Below, one piece after another: positions 18,269 through 27,257 of a DNA stretch of 59,238 nt (position 1 is the first letter of the stretch; each line of letters opens with the position of its first letter). Both the position numbers and the translations under genes were made by a program. The notes below the pieces were generated by a model, which searched no databases, had not been told where the DNA came from, and saw nothing but the letters and a program-made list of their open reading frames with translations. The stretch lies in NCBI GenBank assembly GCA_046543285.1, contig JBKGZS010000001.1, forward strand, positions 1 through 59,238, read 5' to 3'. This DNA is from Candidatus Acetothermia bacterium (GTDB lineage Bacteria > Bipolaricaulota > Bipolaricaulia > M55B111).

Positions 18269-19265
18269 TTTCCGCTTTGGTTTCTGGTAAAAACTCGTTG
18301 GTAAACGCTCGCTCAGGATCAAACTCTCCCTCGATCAAGCCCCGATCTGACATCCAATTTCCAAACTCTTTCCATACTGAAAGCTCCTGTCTGCCCCAGT
18401 AAGGTGCGTCTTCCTGGTAGCGGGGACTGAGCCATTCCTGACTGTTCTTAACCAGCTGGGGATCGGCTTCGGGGGTATATTCCAAAAGGATTTCCGCTGC
18501 CTCATCCGGATTCTCGATGGCGAAACTGTAACCTCGGGACGTGGCAGCCATGAAATCCTCAACAATCTCGGTGTTTTGCTCAACGTATTCCCGGGATGAA
18601 ATTATGATGGGGGTGTAATAGTTGGGAACTAGTTCCTGATAGTCTTTTAGCATCACCAGGTTAAGTTCAAGTCCCCTTAATTCCGCCTGTATACCGTCCC
18701 AGCCGTAATATATCCAGGCTATGTCAAATTTCTCCTGAGCAAGCATGGTCAGCAGGTCTCCCTTTCCGATATTGACGAAATTCAGTTCGGGGAAATCGCC
18801 GCCGTCCCCTTCCACAAGCGCTTTGAGAATTTCCTTTTCTATGGGCAGTCCCCAGCCGCCGTAGGTGGCTCCGGCAAAATCCCGCGGTCTTTCCAGTCCT
18901 TTTTCCTTGAGAGAAGCAAAGCCGGATGTATTTTCCTGAATTACTGCCGCCAGGGATACAATAGGAACACCCTCAGCCATAGCAGAGGTTGCCCATTCCT
19001 GAAAACTGATGCCAAAATCGGCCTTGCCGGCGCCCACAACCTTTTCCACCGAGACTTCGCCCGCCGGCTCTATAAGCTCCAGCTGAACACCGGCCTCTTC
19101 GTACCACCCCTTATCCATTGCCACGTAAATGCCAGTGTGGTTGGTGTTTGGCACCCAATCCATCAATAATTCAACCTTCCGCGTACTGGCCGGCTCCGAG
19201 CTGACAGATACCGCAAGAATCACCAAAGCAAGAGAAAACACGATCCAGATCTTAAGGTAACGCAT
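18255..19265 (-). CDS. thiY: NMT1/THI5-like periplasmic substrate-binding protein (ThiY-like pyrimidine-precursor binding protein)
   Basis: Signal peptide MRYLKIWIVFSLALVILAVSV. The LLMDWVPNTNHTGIYVAMDKGWYEEAGV start is typical of the NMT1/THI5 fold. Lies in the TPP-riboswitch operon. Confidence 0.75.
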   Translation of the reverse strand: MRYLKIWIVFSLALVILAVSVSSEPASTRKVELLMDWVPNTNHTGIYVAMDKGWYEEAGVQLELIEPAGEVSVEKVVGAGKADFGISFQEWATSAMAEGVPIVSLAAVIQENTSGFASLKEKGLERPRDFAGATYGGWGLPIEKEILKALVEGDGGDFPELNFVNIGKGDLLTMLAQEKFDIAWIYYGWDGIQAELRGLELNLVMLKDYQELVPNYYTPIIISSREYVEQNTEIVEDFMAATSRGYSFAIENPDEAAEILLEYTPEADPQLVKNSQEWLSPRYQEDAPYWGRQELSVWKEFGNWMSDRGLIEGEFDPERAFTNEFLPETKAENEEQ

Positions 19266-19283
19266 CAGAAAACCTCCTCGTAA

Positions 19284-20054
19284 TTACGATTCTTCTATTG
19301 CCCAGGGGGTTAACCACCGCTGGAGCAAATTAACGCTTTGAAACAAGAGTATGGAAAAAAAAGAAACCAGAACTATTCCCGCAAAAACCCGGTCAGTTCT
19401 GAAGGAATTCGAAGCACGTACAATGAAGACTCCCAGACCCTTGTCACTTCCCATCCATTCTGCCACCACTGCGGCCATGATGGCGTAAGTTGCCCCGATT
19501 CGAATACCGCTTAGAATCTGGGGAAGGGCTGATGGGACCTGGACTAGCCTGAACGTCTGCCAGGAATTCGCTCCCATGGACCTGAGAAGGTCGACCTTTT
19601 CTCGATCAGCAGCAGAAAGTCCATCAACAGTGTTGACGGCCACGGGAAAGAAACAGGCCAGAGCCACGATTACCAGTTTGGGGGTCATGCCAAAACCCAG
19701 CCACATGATCAGCAGGGGTATCAAAACGATTATGGGAATGGTCTGGGATATCACCAGAAATGGATATAGAGTCCTTCTCAAGGCCCGAAAGGAAAAGACC
19801 AAGCCCCCCAGAACCAACCCCGCCACGGTCGCTAGAGTCAACCCGACAATCGCCTCTTGGAGTGTACGAACCGAATGTCCGACCAGTAGGGCTCTATCAC
19901 TAAACATTGACAAAAAAACCCTGCTGGGGCTGGGAAGCAACCACTTGGAAATGGAAAAGCCCCGAACTACCGCCTCCCAGGCGAGCAACACCAGGAGTCC
20001 GGTTACGAAGGCGGGCAGGTGTCGTTTCAGCTTGTAACTCAGAAGGGTGAACAC
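19284..20054 (-). CDS. thiX: ABC transporter permease (ThiX-like)
   Basis: Six-TM BPD-type permease with an EAA-like loop (DREKVDLLRSMGANSWQTFRLVQVPSALP). Confidence 0.8.
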   Translation of the reverse strand: MFTLLSYKLKRHLPAFVTGLLVLLAWEAVVRGFSISKWLLPSPSRVFLSMFSDRALLVGHSVRTLQEAIVGLTLATVAGLVLGGLVFSFRALRRTLYPFLVISQTIPIIVLIPLLIMWLGFGMTPKLVIVALACFFPVAVNTVDGLSAADREKVDLLRSMGANSWQTFRLVQVPSALPQILSGIRIGATYAIMAAVVAEWMGSDKGLGVFIVRASNSFRTDRVFAGIVLVSFFSILLFQSVNLLQRWLTPWAIEES

Positions 20055-20056
20055 AC

Positions 20057-20371
20057 CTACTCCCCTTCAGAGCATTCCCCGTGCCGGGCCATTTTTTCTT
20101 CGGCAGACCCTACCTCTTCCCCGGACAACACCTTCACCATGCTCATCACCCGGGGCCGAGGCCCCATGGCTTCCAGCACTGCCTTGTGGGCGCGTAAGGC
20201 AACTTTCCAGACCTCTTCGAGATCTCCTTCAATAGTGGTTTCGAAAGGACTGACCGTATAATCCAAGCCCGACTGATCTATTACTTCGATGGCCTGGTCC
20301 ACGAGCCGATAAACTTCTTTCTTGTCCGCCCCGGACAAAGGAAGACATTGAATGCTCAGACTAGAACGCAA
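20057..20371 (-). CDS. MTH1187/YkoF-family thiamine-binding protein
   Basis: About 100 aa, LSIQCLPLSG...VYRLVDQAIEVIDQSGLDYTVSPFETTIEGDLEEV pattern. TTG start 7 nt after GGAGGAGG. First gene behind the TPP riboswitch. Confidence 0.75.
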   Translation of the reverse strand: MRSSLSIQCLPLSGADKKEVYRLVDQAIEVIDQSGLDYTVSPFETTIEGDLEEVWKVALRAHKAVLEAMGPRPRVMSMVKVLSGEEVGSAEEKMARHGECSEGE

Positions 20372-20515
20372 GGAAACCTCCTCCAGTTTGTGGGGTTAAT
20401 AGAACGTGGAGGGGAGGAGGTACTGAGAGGTTTCCTACGCCGGAATTATCCGGATCAGGTTCAAGGGTCGAGGTTTCGACCTCCTCTCAGCCCGTGTTTA
20501 CGAGCTCCCCTTCTG
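20372..20515 (-). promoter_or_regulatory. TPP (THI-box) riboswitch with SD-sequestering expression platform
   Basis: Minus strand reads GGGGAGCUCGUAAACACGGGCUGAGAGGAGGUCGAAACCUCGACCCUUGAACCUGAUCCGGAUAAUUCCGGCGUAGGAAAC. That contains the CUGAGA, ACCCUUGAACCUGAUC, GGAUAAU-CCGGCGUAGG core. ACCUCCUCC follows, complementary to the downstream RBS GGAGGAGGU. Confidence 0.88.
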
Positions 20516-20520
20516 AAAGA

Positions 20521-20549
20521 ATCTTACTTGGGAACTTGGTTTCTGTCAA
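20521..20549 (-). promoter_or_regulatory. Candidate promoter of the TPP-riboswitch operon
   Basis: Minus strand reads TTGACA (20549..20544), a 17-nt spacer, then TAAGAT (20526..20521), a few nt before the aptamer 5' end. Confidence 0.55.
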
Positions 20550-20577
20550 GTGTTCGGCAGTTGTCCTGTGGAGGGTC

Positions 20578-21237
20578 TCAAGTCTTTCTCGTGGCCACCA
20601 GAATTTCGATTTGATCGGACAAGTCCTCGGCCCTGTCAGATATTTCCACCAGCTCTTCCACAAATTGGCGGATTAAAATCTTTTCTGCCAGTTCAAGCTC
20701 CAGGCCGAATAGTTTCTGGATGAAGTCTCTTTCCAGCTCGTCGATCTCTCCCTCCGTATTTTCGATGGAAACGGTGTATTTCAAGGGGTCTTCATCTCCC
20801 TTGAAGAGTGCCCGGATGCTTTTTTCCACCGGATCCATTATGCCTACCGATTTCTCAATAATTTCCCTGCTGAGCGGTTTCAACTCTTCCGGGACTTTGA
20901 TTTGTTGCAGAAGGGTGAAGTCCATTGCCGCCTCTCCGGCGTTGGCTAATTTATCCGTTCTCTCAATTAAGTTAAGCATTTCGCTTCTGGAGCGGGCTAA
21001 GAGAGCTCCACCCAGCAGCTCTTTTTCAATCTCTCGGCGAAGATCGTCAGCCCTGCCTTCGCTCTGATGAGTTTCAAAAGCAAGCTCATTGGCCTGGGCG
21101 AGGTTTTCCTCTTCCAGCCAATAAAACATACCCTCCTGAAACTTCTGTAGGGTATGTTCCACCAATTGCAGGTGGTTCATTATCCTGTTTTCAATATCGC
21201 TTTCTTTGCCCCAGAGACCTGAGGTAAAAATATTCAT
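20578..21237 (-). CDS. DUF47-family protein (PhoU-like, putative phosphate-transport regulator family)
   Basis: About 219 aa, all-helical. Internal start MNIFTSGLWGKES at 21237 is preceded by AGGAGGG. The tracked start 21357 would read through a repeat hairpin. Confidence 0.7.
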   Translation of the reverse strand: MNIFTSGLWGKESDIENRIMNHLQLVEHTLQKFQEGMFYWLEEENLAQANELAFETHQSEGRADDLRREIEKELLGGALLARSRSEMLNLIERTDKLANAGEAAMDFTLLQQIKVPEELKPLSREIIEKSVGIMDPVEKSIRALFKGDEDPLKYTVSIENTEGEIDELERDFIQKLFGLELELAEKILIRQFVEELVEISDRAEDLSDQIEILVATRKT

Positions 21238-21342
21238 AAATTTCCCTCCTGCTATTCTCATAAAGGATAGCGTGAGCCCCGCTTCCTTGCAAAGGCTGCA
21301 GGGTGCCGTCGGAACAGCCCAATGCCCCATGGCAAAAAGCAT

Positions 21343-21386
21343 AGCAGCTCGAGTCACCGCGCTCGAGCGGCGAAACTCGAGCTGCT
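21343..21386 (+). repeat. Conserved-loop GC hairpin (family member)
   Basis: AGCAGCTCGAG-TCACCGCG-CTCGAGC...CTCGAGCTGCT. Same loop as the copies at 58265 and 58341. Confidence 0.7.
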
Positions 21387-21410
21387 TCGGGATTTGAGAT
21401 TAGACAACCC

Positions 21411-21827
21411 TTAACTCCCGGACACTTCTAATTCAGATCGCAACTCGGACAGCAGATGATCGCCAATTCCCTCCACCTGGACAAGCTCCTCCACGCTGGA
21501 GAACGGGCCTCGACTGGTCCGGTAGTCCACTATCGCCTGGGCCAGTACTTCCCCGATTCCTGTGAGCTTCATCAGTTCGCGCTTCGTAGCCTGATTTAAA
21601 TCAAGGTCGGTTTCCGACTCCAGCTTCATCTCGGGAATGACGACCGAACACTCATTTAGGCAGATTTCCTTCCCGTTCCCTTTTGGGTAGCCACCGCCGG
21701 AGAACAATATATAATTGCGGACGGCCGACTTAAGATAGGGGAACAGTAAACCAAGGACCAATAAGAGCACCAGGGTGAAAATCACGGCCCGATCGGAATC
21801 CCGAAACCACAGAAGCATAAGAGACAA
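21411..21827 (-). CDS. comEA: ComEA-family DNA-binding protein (TM anchor plus helix-hairpin-helix)
   Basis: N-terminal TM helix. C-terminal LDLNQATKRELMKLTGIGEVLAQAIVDYRTSRGPFSSVEELVQVEGIG. Confidence 0.8.
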   Translation of the reverse strand: MSLMLLWFRDSDRAVIFTLVLLLVLGLLFPYLKSAVRNYILFSGGGYPKGNGKEICLNECSVVIPEMKLESETDLDLNQATKRELMKLTGIGEVLAQAIVDYRTSRGPFSSVEELVQVEGIGDHLLSELRSELEVSGS

Positions 21828-22379
21828 TCAGTCCGAAGGCAGGGAAAACAGGTCCTTGATAACCTTCACTCCTGCTTCTTCGCGCTGGCTTCGCATCCTC
21901 TCCGGCTGTCTTTCGTACCTGCGCTTGGCGTACTTTTCCTTATAGTAATGGACGAAAGTCTTTCCGATCTCCAGGCGTGCCTCGTCGCTCAGCCGGGAAG
22001 CCTCTTCGGCGAAAGCGTCCTCCAGCTCAGGAATAAAGACATCGATCTTCGCCGACTCCTCAAATAGCTCCAGTGCTTCCTCCCAATCTCCTTCTCCCAG
22101 ATTATCAAGGGCCCGGTTGAAAGTCTCGCGCCGGTGCATTTCGTCGGACGCCAGCTCCTTCATTCTGGCAGCTTTTTCCTGGTAGTGGGCCAGATCAGAG
22201 ACGTGAAACTCCAAAAAATGATAGGGGCAATCCAGCCCTTCGGGGCTCAGCTGATCCCGACTGGAGACAATCTCTCCGTGAAGCTCCAGGCAGCGCTCAG
22301 GCGTTGAATAGGTAACATTGGTGTAGAACTGCAGCAAGTGCTTTCTTCCTGTAAGGCGATAAAACAGTTCCTTTAACAC
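21828..22379 (-). CDS. Hypothetical protein (183 aa, helical, charged C terminus)
   Basis: Long ORF abutting comEA (TGA directly followed by TTG). I recognise no motif. Confidence 0.45.
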   Translation of the reverse strand: MLKELFYRLTGRKHLLQFYTNVTYSTPERCLELHGEIVSSRDQLSPEGLDCPYHFLEFHVSDLAHYQEKAARMKELASDEMHRRETFNRALDNLGEGDWEEALELFEESAKIDVFIPELEDAFAEEASRLSDEARLEIGKTFVHYYKEKYAKRRYERQPERMRSQREEAGVKVIKDLFSLPSD

Positions 22380-22386
22380 TATTTGA

Positions 22387-23298
22387 TCAGCTCATCAATA
22401 AGGCTAATAGGGCTTTCTGGGCGTGCATTCGGTTCTCGGCTTGATCGAAAATGGCCGACTGTGGGCCGTGAGCAACTTCCTGGGTGATCTCCTCTCCGTA
22501 GTGGGCAGGCAGGCAGTGCATAACCAAAGCCCCGGTCGCTGCCCGGGCAAGGAGCCTTTCATCGATCGTAAACCCCTGAAAATGTTTCTTTTTCTGTTCG
22601 GCGATGTCTTCTTCGCCCATGCTCGCCCAGACATCTGTATACAGGATGTCAGCACCCTTCGCAGCTTCTTCAGGTTCATTGGTCACCAAAACGTCTATTC
22701 CGGTCCCCCTGGCCGCCTGTACTATCTCTTCCTCTGGCTCAAGCCCTTCGGGGCAGGCGAGGGAAAAGTTCATTCCCACTCCGGCACAGGCATTTATGAG
22801 TGAATGAGCTACGTTGTTCCCGTCGCCAATAAAACAGAAATTTAGACCGGCAAACTCGCGCTTCTTTTCCAGCACAGTAAGCAGATCGCCCAGTGCCTGA
22901 CAGGGGTGCAACAGGTCAGAGAGACCGTTGATTACAGGCACCCGAGAGTACTCAGCCAGATCCTCAATGGTCTGATGACCGAAAACTCGAGCCATAATTC
23001 CATCAACGTACCGGGAAAGAACCAGTGCAATATCTTCCGTAGTTTCCCGTTCGCCCAGTTTGATGTCGTTTGGACCTAAATAAATGGCGTGGCCACCAAG
23101 TTGGGTCATCCCCACTTCAAAGGAAACCCTGGTCCGGAGCGAGGGTTTGAGAAATATCATGGCCAGGGTTTTTTCCGAGAGAACTGCATGGGTTTTTCCA
23201 GACTTCAGATCGGATTTCAGCTCGCGGGCCAGGTCGAGGACCTCCCAGATCTCCTCGGCAGAAAGGTCTGCAATTGTAACCAGATGACATGACTTCAT
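22387..23298 (-). CDS. argF: Ornithine carbamoyltransferase
   Basis: SLRTRVSFEVG carbamoyl-phosphate box. DVWASMGEE and HCLPAHYGEE ornithine-binding boxes. Confidence 0.9.
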   Translation of the reverse strand: MKSCHLVTIADLSAEEIWEVLDLARELKSDLKSGKTHAVLSEKTLAMIFLKPSLRTRVSFEVGMTQLGGHAIYLGPNDIKLGERETTEDIALVLSRYVDGIMARVFGHQTIEDLAEYSRVPVINGLSDLLHPCQALGDLLTVLEKKREFAGLNFCFIGDGNNVAHSLINACAGVGMNFSLACPEGLEPEEEIVQAARGTGIDVLVTNEPEEAAKGADILYTDVWASMGEEDIAEQKKKHFQGFTIDERLLARAATGALVMHCLPAHYGEEITQEVAHGPQSAIFDQAENRMHAQKALLALLMS

Positions 23299-23392
23299 CG
23301 CTTACCCCCTTAGAATTGAATATCTTCTCGTCAATATTAGTGATGTTCAATGATGGTAGCAAACCTGAAGGGCATCACGCAATGAATTCGTT

Positions 23393-24190
23393 CTAATTCT
23401 CACTCTCGGGGGTAAATGAGAAATCGCGAAGAACTATTTCCGGCTCCCTGCCGGCTTCTGGGGAAGAGCCCTCTCGGAGCCAAAGATTTATATGAGTGGT
23501 CAGGTCTTCAGTTGGTAGGTCGGGGCCGGAAAAACTCCATTCAGCAAACTGTTCCGGGTTTAGACCGGAATCGTCTTCGGTGAAGCGCTCGCCTCTGAAC
23601 GAAACCCGATTCTGATTCCAATCAAAAGACAGCCGAATCCACTCCCCGGCACAGTTCAGGGGAGTACGGTGAACGTGACCGGACTTCTGGTGCGGTTGAA
23701 CTACAAAATAAACGGCAGGTTCGGACCGGTCCTGATTTTCCATGATTTCAATATCGATTTCCTCCCGGTCAGACAAATAATTGAAGAGTCCCACAACGAC
23801 CGGCCCCCTCAGTTCCCCCGTGGGGCATTCCATTTCAAATACGTACTCGCCGAAACCTAGAGGGTTTTCCAGGAAAACTTCAGCGCAATGCCACGTATCT
23901 CTTCTCTTTACAATACGCAAATGAAGGCTCCCGGCTTCGTCCACCCAGACATTTCTGCGACTTTCAGACCAGTAGTTTGGTCCCGGCCCGACGGGATATC
24001 GGGGGGAATGCTTCGTTTGCCACTGGTATCCGGCAAAATCCACTGTTCTTTCCGACTCCGCGCTGGTTTCGCTACACAAGGGCAGACACAGGATAAAAAG
24101 CAGTACAGAACAGACCCCGACAGAAAAATTTGCAAACTTCAACTGAATCGTAAGCACAGTTTCACCGCCACAGGCACAGCCTTCATTCAT
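23393..24190 (-). CDS. Secreted GH16-like / concanavalin-A-like glucanase-fold protein
   Basis: Hydrophobic N-terminal signal-like segment. EIDIE motif (DREEIDIEIME) matches the GH16 ExDxE catalytic signature. The start overlaps the GT2 stop by 8 nt. Confidence 0.55.
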   Translation of the reverse strand: MNEGCACGGETVLTIQLKFANFSVGVCSVLLFILCLPLCSETSAESERTVDFAGYQWQTKHSPRYPVGPGPNYWSESRRNVWVDEAGSLHLRIVKRRDTWHCAEVFLENPLGFGEYVFEMECPTGELRGPVVVGLFNYLSDREEIDIEIMENQDRSEPAVYFVVQPHQKSGHVHRTPLNCAGEWIRLSFDWNQNRVSFRGERFTEDDSGLNPEQFAEWSFSGPDLPTEDLTTHINLWLREGSSPEAGREPEIVLRDFSFTPESEN

Positions 24191-25601
24191 CAGACGGCGA
24201 ATCGAAGCTCTGGCGGGTCATTTCACCCCAGCTCTTGCTCTTTCGCAGGAAATCGAAGAGACCTTTAACTCTCCAAAACGCGTGGAGCTGACGGTAGCCA
24301 AGGTTCTCCAGTACCGCCAAGCCCAGCAGCTTGACCCTGTCCCACGGATTATCATATCGCTTTAAGGTAAATTCTTCCAGAGTCAGGGCTGACAGCGATA
24401 AAAAGACCCCGTAGAGTACAGCCACCGTGATAAAAGTTAGAGCGAAGGGCAAATTAATCCAGCCCAAAGCAAAAGAGACGAGGAAAACCAAGTAACCGCT
24501 AACTTCAACCACCGGCCCCAGCAACTCGAAAAAAAAGAAAAAGGGCAACCCTGCCAACCCCACCGGTCCATAACGGGGGTTGCAAATCATTCTCCAGTTG
24601 TAGGTTAAGGACTCCGCCAGGCCCCGTTGCCACCTGTTTCTCTGACGGGAGAGGACCCGGAGCGAGCTGGGGGCCTGAGTCCAACAAACGGGAACCGGAA
24701 CAAAAGAGATTTGATAGTTCTGGCCCTCATCCCGCATTTGCCGGTGCAGCCGAAGGACCAGATCCATGTCCTCGCCCACCGTGTCGGTGCGGTAACCTCC
24801 GATTTCTACAGCCGCATCCCGTTCGAAGAGGCCAAAAGCACCGGAAATAATGGGCAGGCCCTGGATGCGACTCCAGCCGGCCCGCCCGAAGAGAAAAGCG
24901 CGTATATATTCCATCACCTGAACGGCAGGAAGGAACCGCCGGGGTAACCTCGCTTCGAGGATCTCAGAATTCTCGATTTTACAGTTGTTGGCAATCCTCA
25001 CTATCCCACCTACCCCTACTACCCTTGTGGGGTTCTCCAGATATGGAGCAACCAGATGCCACAAACTGTCCTTTTCTATCAGGGTATCGGCGTCGACGGC
25101 CACGAAGAGATCGGATCGAGTGTAATTGATTCCGGCGTTCAAGGCATCAGCCTTTCCTCCGTTTTCCTTGTCCAGAACCAACAGATTTTCTTCTGTGATT
25201 GATTTATAGATACTATTCACCGCTTCGGTTTCCAGTTTTTCGTCCACATCCCGGTCTACCGAAACCAGCTTAAAATCTCGCCTTAAGACCCTCATGCTTT
25301 CATCCGTCGATCCGTCGTTGATTACGATAATTTCTAGTTGAGGATACTCCAGGGCCTGGAGGGCCTCGATGCTTGAGGTAATAGTTTGAGACTCGTTGTA
25401 GGCGGGGACCAGGACGCTTATAGTGGGAACGAGCTCACAGGCCTGCCCGCTGCAACCCGTCAGATCAGGTTTGCTGATGTGATAGCCAACCTCGAAGGCA
25501 GAAAGTATCAACAGCAAGAGGTAGGCGGAGTTGATGGCAAAGAAATAAAGGAGTACAAAAGAATTGTAGACCAGTACAATCGCCATCAACACATCATTCA
25601 C
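24183..25601 (-). CDS. Processive family-2 glycosyltransferase (PgaC/IcaA/cellulose-synthase-like polysaccharide synthase)
   Basis: N- and C-terminal TM helices. VLVPAYNE, INDGSTDES, AVDADT (DxD), GEDMDL and QRNRWQRG (QxxRW) motifs. Confidence 0.85.
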   Translation of the reverse strand: MNDVLMAIVLVYNSFVLLYFFAINSAYLLLLILSAFEVGYHISKPDLTGCSGQACELVPTISVLVPAYNESQTITSSIEALQALEYPQLEIIVINDGSTDESMRVLRRDFKLVSVDRDVDEKLETEAVNSIYKSITEENLLVLDKENGGKADALNAGINYTRSDLFVAVDADTLIEKDSLWHLVAPYLENPTRVVGVGGIVRIANNCKIENSEILEARLPRRFLPAVQVMEYIRAFLFGRAGWSRIQGLPIISGAFGLFERDAAVEIGGYRTDTVGEDMDLVLRLHRQMRDEGQNYQISFVPVPVCWTQAPSSLRVLSRQRNRWQRGLAESLTYNWRMICNPRYGPVGLAGLPFFFFFELLGPVVEVSGYLVFLVSFALGWINLPFALTFITVAVLYGVFLSLSALTLEEFTLKRYDNPWDRVKLLGLAVLENLGYRQLHAFWRVKGLFDFLRKSKSWGEMTRQSFDSPSDE

Positions 25602-26662
25602 GGGGAGCCCCCTCCCATATAGGACCGAAGTGTAGCCTCTCGAGCCAATCTGGGAAACTGGCTTCGGTGATCGTTTATCACCCTCCGGCCCACGTCTCCG
25701 TATTTGCTCAGGGATATAAAAGCTCCGAGACGAACCCGCCAGAAGGAGTCGGTTACCATCTCACCAAGGGATTCCACGGCTTCCGGGTTCTCAATTGCCC
25801 CCAGGCTACGGGCTGCCGCAGCTCGGACTTCTGCACTCGAATCCCTGGCCGCCAGCTCCAGTAATTCAATAACGGCACCCGTTCCCACTCTGCCCAGGGC
25901 CAGCGCGGCATGCCTGCGGACTTCCGGAACGGAATCCTCCAAGAGGTTCCTGAACAGCTCGATTCCCTCCAGGTTTCCTGAACGTCCGAGGAGAATGGCT
26001 GCATCTTTCCTTAAATGGGCCTGCTCCTTCCGAGCCAGTTTCCCCAAAGCTTCTACAGAAAGGCCCACAGGAAAAAGTTTAATACAGAGGAACTGGTGGA
26101 CATCTTGGCTATGGTCCTCGAAGAGCGGGATCAGTTTATCTTCCAGGACTAAAGCCCCCAGCTCCCCCCACGCGTCCACGGCCGTCAACCTAACCTCCAG
26201 GCGGGAGTCTTCCAGCAGGGCGGGCAAAAAGCTTTCCAGCTGGTCAGCCTGGAGGGCCTTTAACCGGTTTATAGCCCCGGCCCTCCTGCTCCAGCGTCGC
26301 GATTTGAGGTAGGATAAATCCCGATCTAAATAGCCGCAATCATCGTAGAGCGAGGCCAGTTTATCGGCTTTTGCTGGATGGGCTCGAGCGGACTGGACCA
26401 GAAAGTTTCGGTGCTCCCGACTATCTTCTGCCTGGAATTCACTTGGGGGACAAATGTTCTCCTTATCGGGGGTCAATCCCGCTTGTTCTCTCCATTCCGT
26501 TAGCTTTTCCGCTTTGCTGTTTCTTTTCCGCACGTGGTACCAGACAGATACCAGATAAGCGAAAATCAGAACACCCAAAAGAGCCCCTAGCGCAATGACA
26601 GCCGGAATTACAAAGGGAACCAACTGGGACTGCTGGTGCTGCAACCAGTACAGCAAGTTCAA
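25598..26662 (-). CDS. Membrane-anchored HEAT-repeat protein
   Basis: One N-terminal TM helix (VIPAVIALGALLGVLIFAYLV). Repeated HEAT/PBS-lyase-like units follow (VRLTAVDAWGELG, VRRHAALALGRVG, VRAAAARSLGAI, VRLGAFISLSKYG). The stop overlaps the GT2 start (ATGA). Confidence 0.75.
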   Translation of the reverse strand: MNLLYWLQHQQSQLVPFVIPAVIALGALLGVLIFAYLVSVWYHVRKRNSKAEKLTEWREQAGLTPDKENICPPSEFQAEDSREHRNFLVQSARAHPAKADKLASLYDDCGYLDRDLSYLKSRRWSRRAGAINRLKALQADQLESFLPALLEDSRLEVRLTAVDAWGELGALVLEDKLIPLFEDHSQDVHQFLCIKLFPVGLSVEALGKLARKEQAHLRKDAAILLGRSGNLEGIELFRNLLEDSVPEVRRHAALALGRVGTGAVIELLELAARDSSAEVRAAAARSLGAIENPEAVESLGEMVTDSFWRVRLGAFISLSKYGDVGRRVINDHRSQFPRLAREATLRSYMGGGSP

Positions 26663-26718
26663 ACCTCCATATCAGAAATCCCAGTTCCTGAGAACGCATT
26701 TAGTAGCGGGAGAAGCCC

Positions 26719-27204
26719 TTACTTGTGCCCGTCCTCTTCGGACCCCAGCTCCTCTAGCTGGGCTCTAATGAACTCGTAATGATCGCGCTCCACAGAAGCA
26801 AAGTAGGCAACTATTCGTCGGCTCTCTTGTTGTTCAAGACGCTCGGCGAGAAGATGATAAAAGCTTTCGGACTCCTGCTCCGATTCCAGGGCCTTTTTCA
26901 ACAAACCGACCGTCCCCTGTCGAGCCTCGAGTTGAAGATCGGGGGCGGGCTTTACGGAATCATCAGGTATTTCCATCGTCCTATCCGGGAAGAAATCGGA
27001 AAAGATTTCTCGAAACTGACGTTCGTGCTTCTTTTCTTCTTCGACGAACTTTCGAATATGGTCTTTTAATTGATCGTCCTCCACCATCTCGGCAAGCAGG
27101 GAATACCTCTGTTGAGCCTCCATCTCCGACTTTACAGCCAACCCGAAAATTTGCCTCAAATCCAGCTCATCAAGTAGCTTTTCTATATCCTCCTCGGCAA
27201 GCAC
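26719..27204 (-). CDS. Ferritin-like / rubrerythrin-family diiron protein
   Basis: Two E...ExxH half-sites: EMEAQQRY...EEEKKHERQF and ESEQESESFY...VERDHYEF. GTG start. Confidence 0.7.
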   Translation of the reverse strand: MLAEEDIEKLLDELDLRQIFGLAVKSEMEAQQRYSLLAEMVEDDQLKDHIRKFVEEEKKHERQFREIFSDFFPDRTMEIPDDSVKPAPDLQLEARQGTVGLLKKALESEQESESFYHLLAERLEQQESRRIVAYFASVERDHYEFIRAQLEELGSEEDGHK

Positions 27205-27257
27205 AGTCGATACCCCCTTGCCAGATCGGTCTGACGCTTCAAGCCCCGGGTGTAGCC

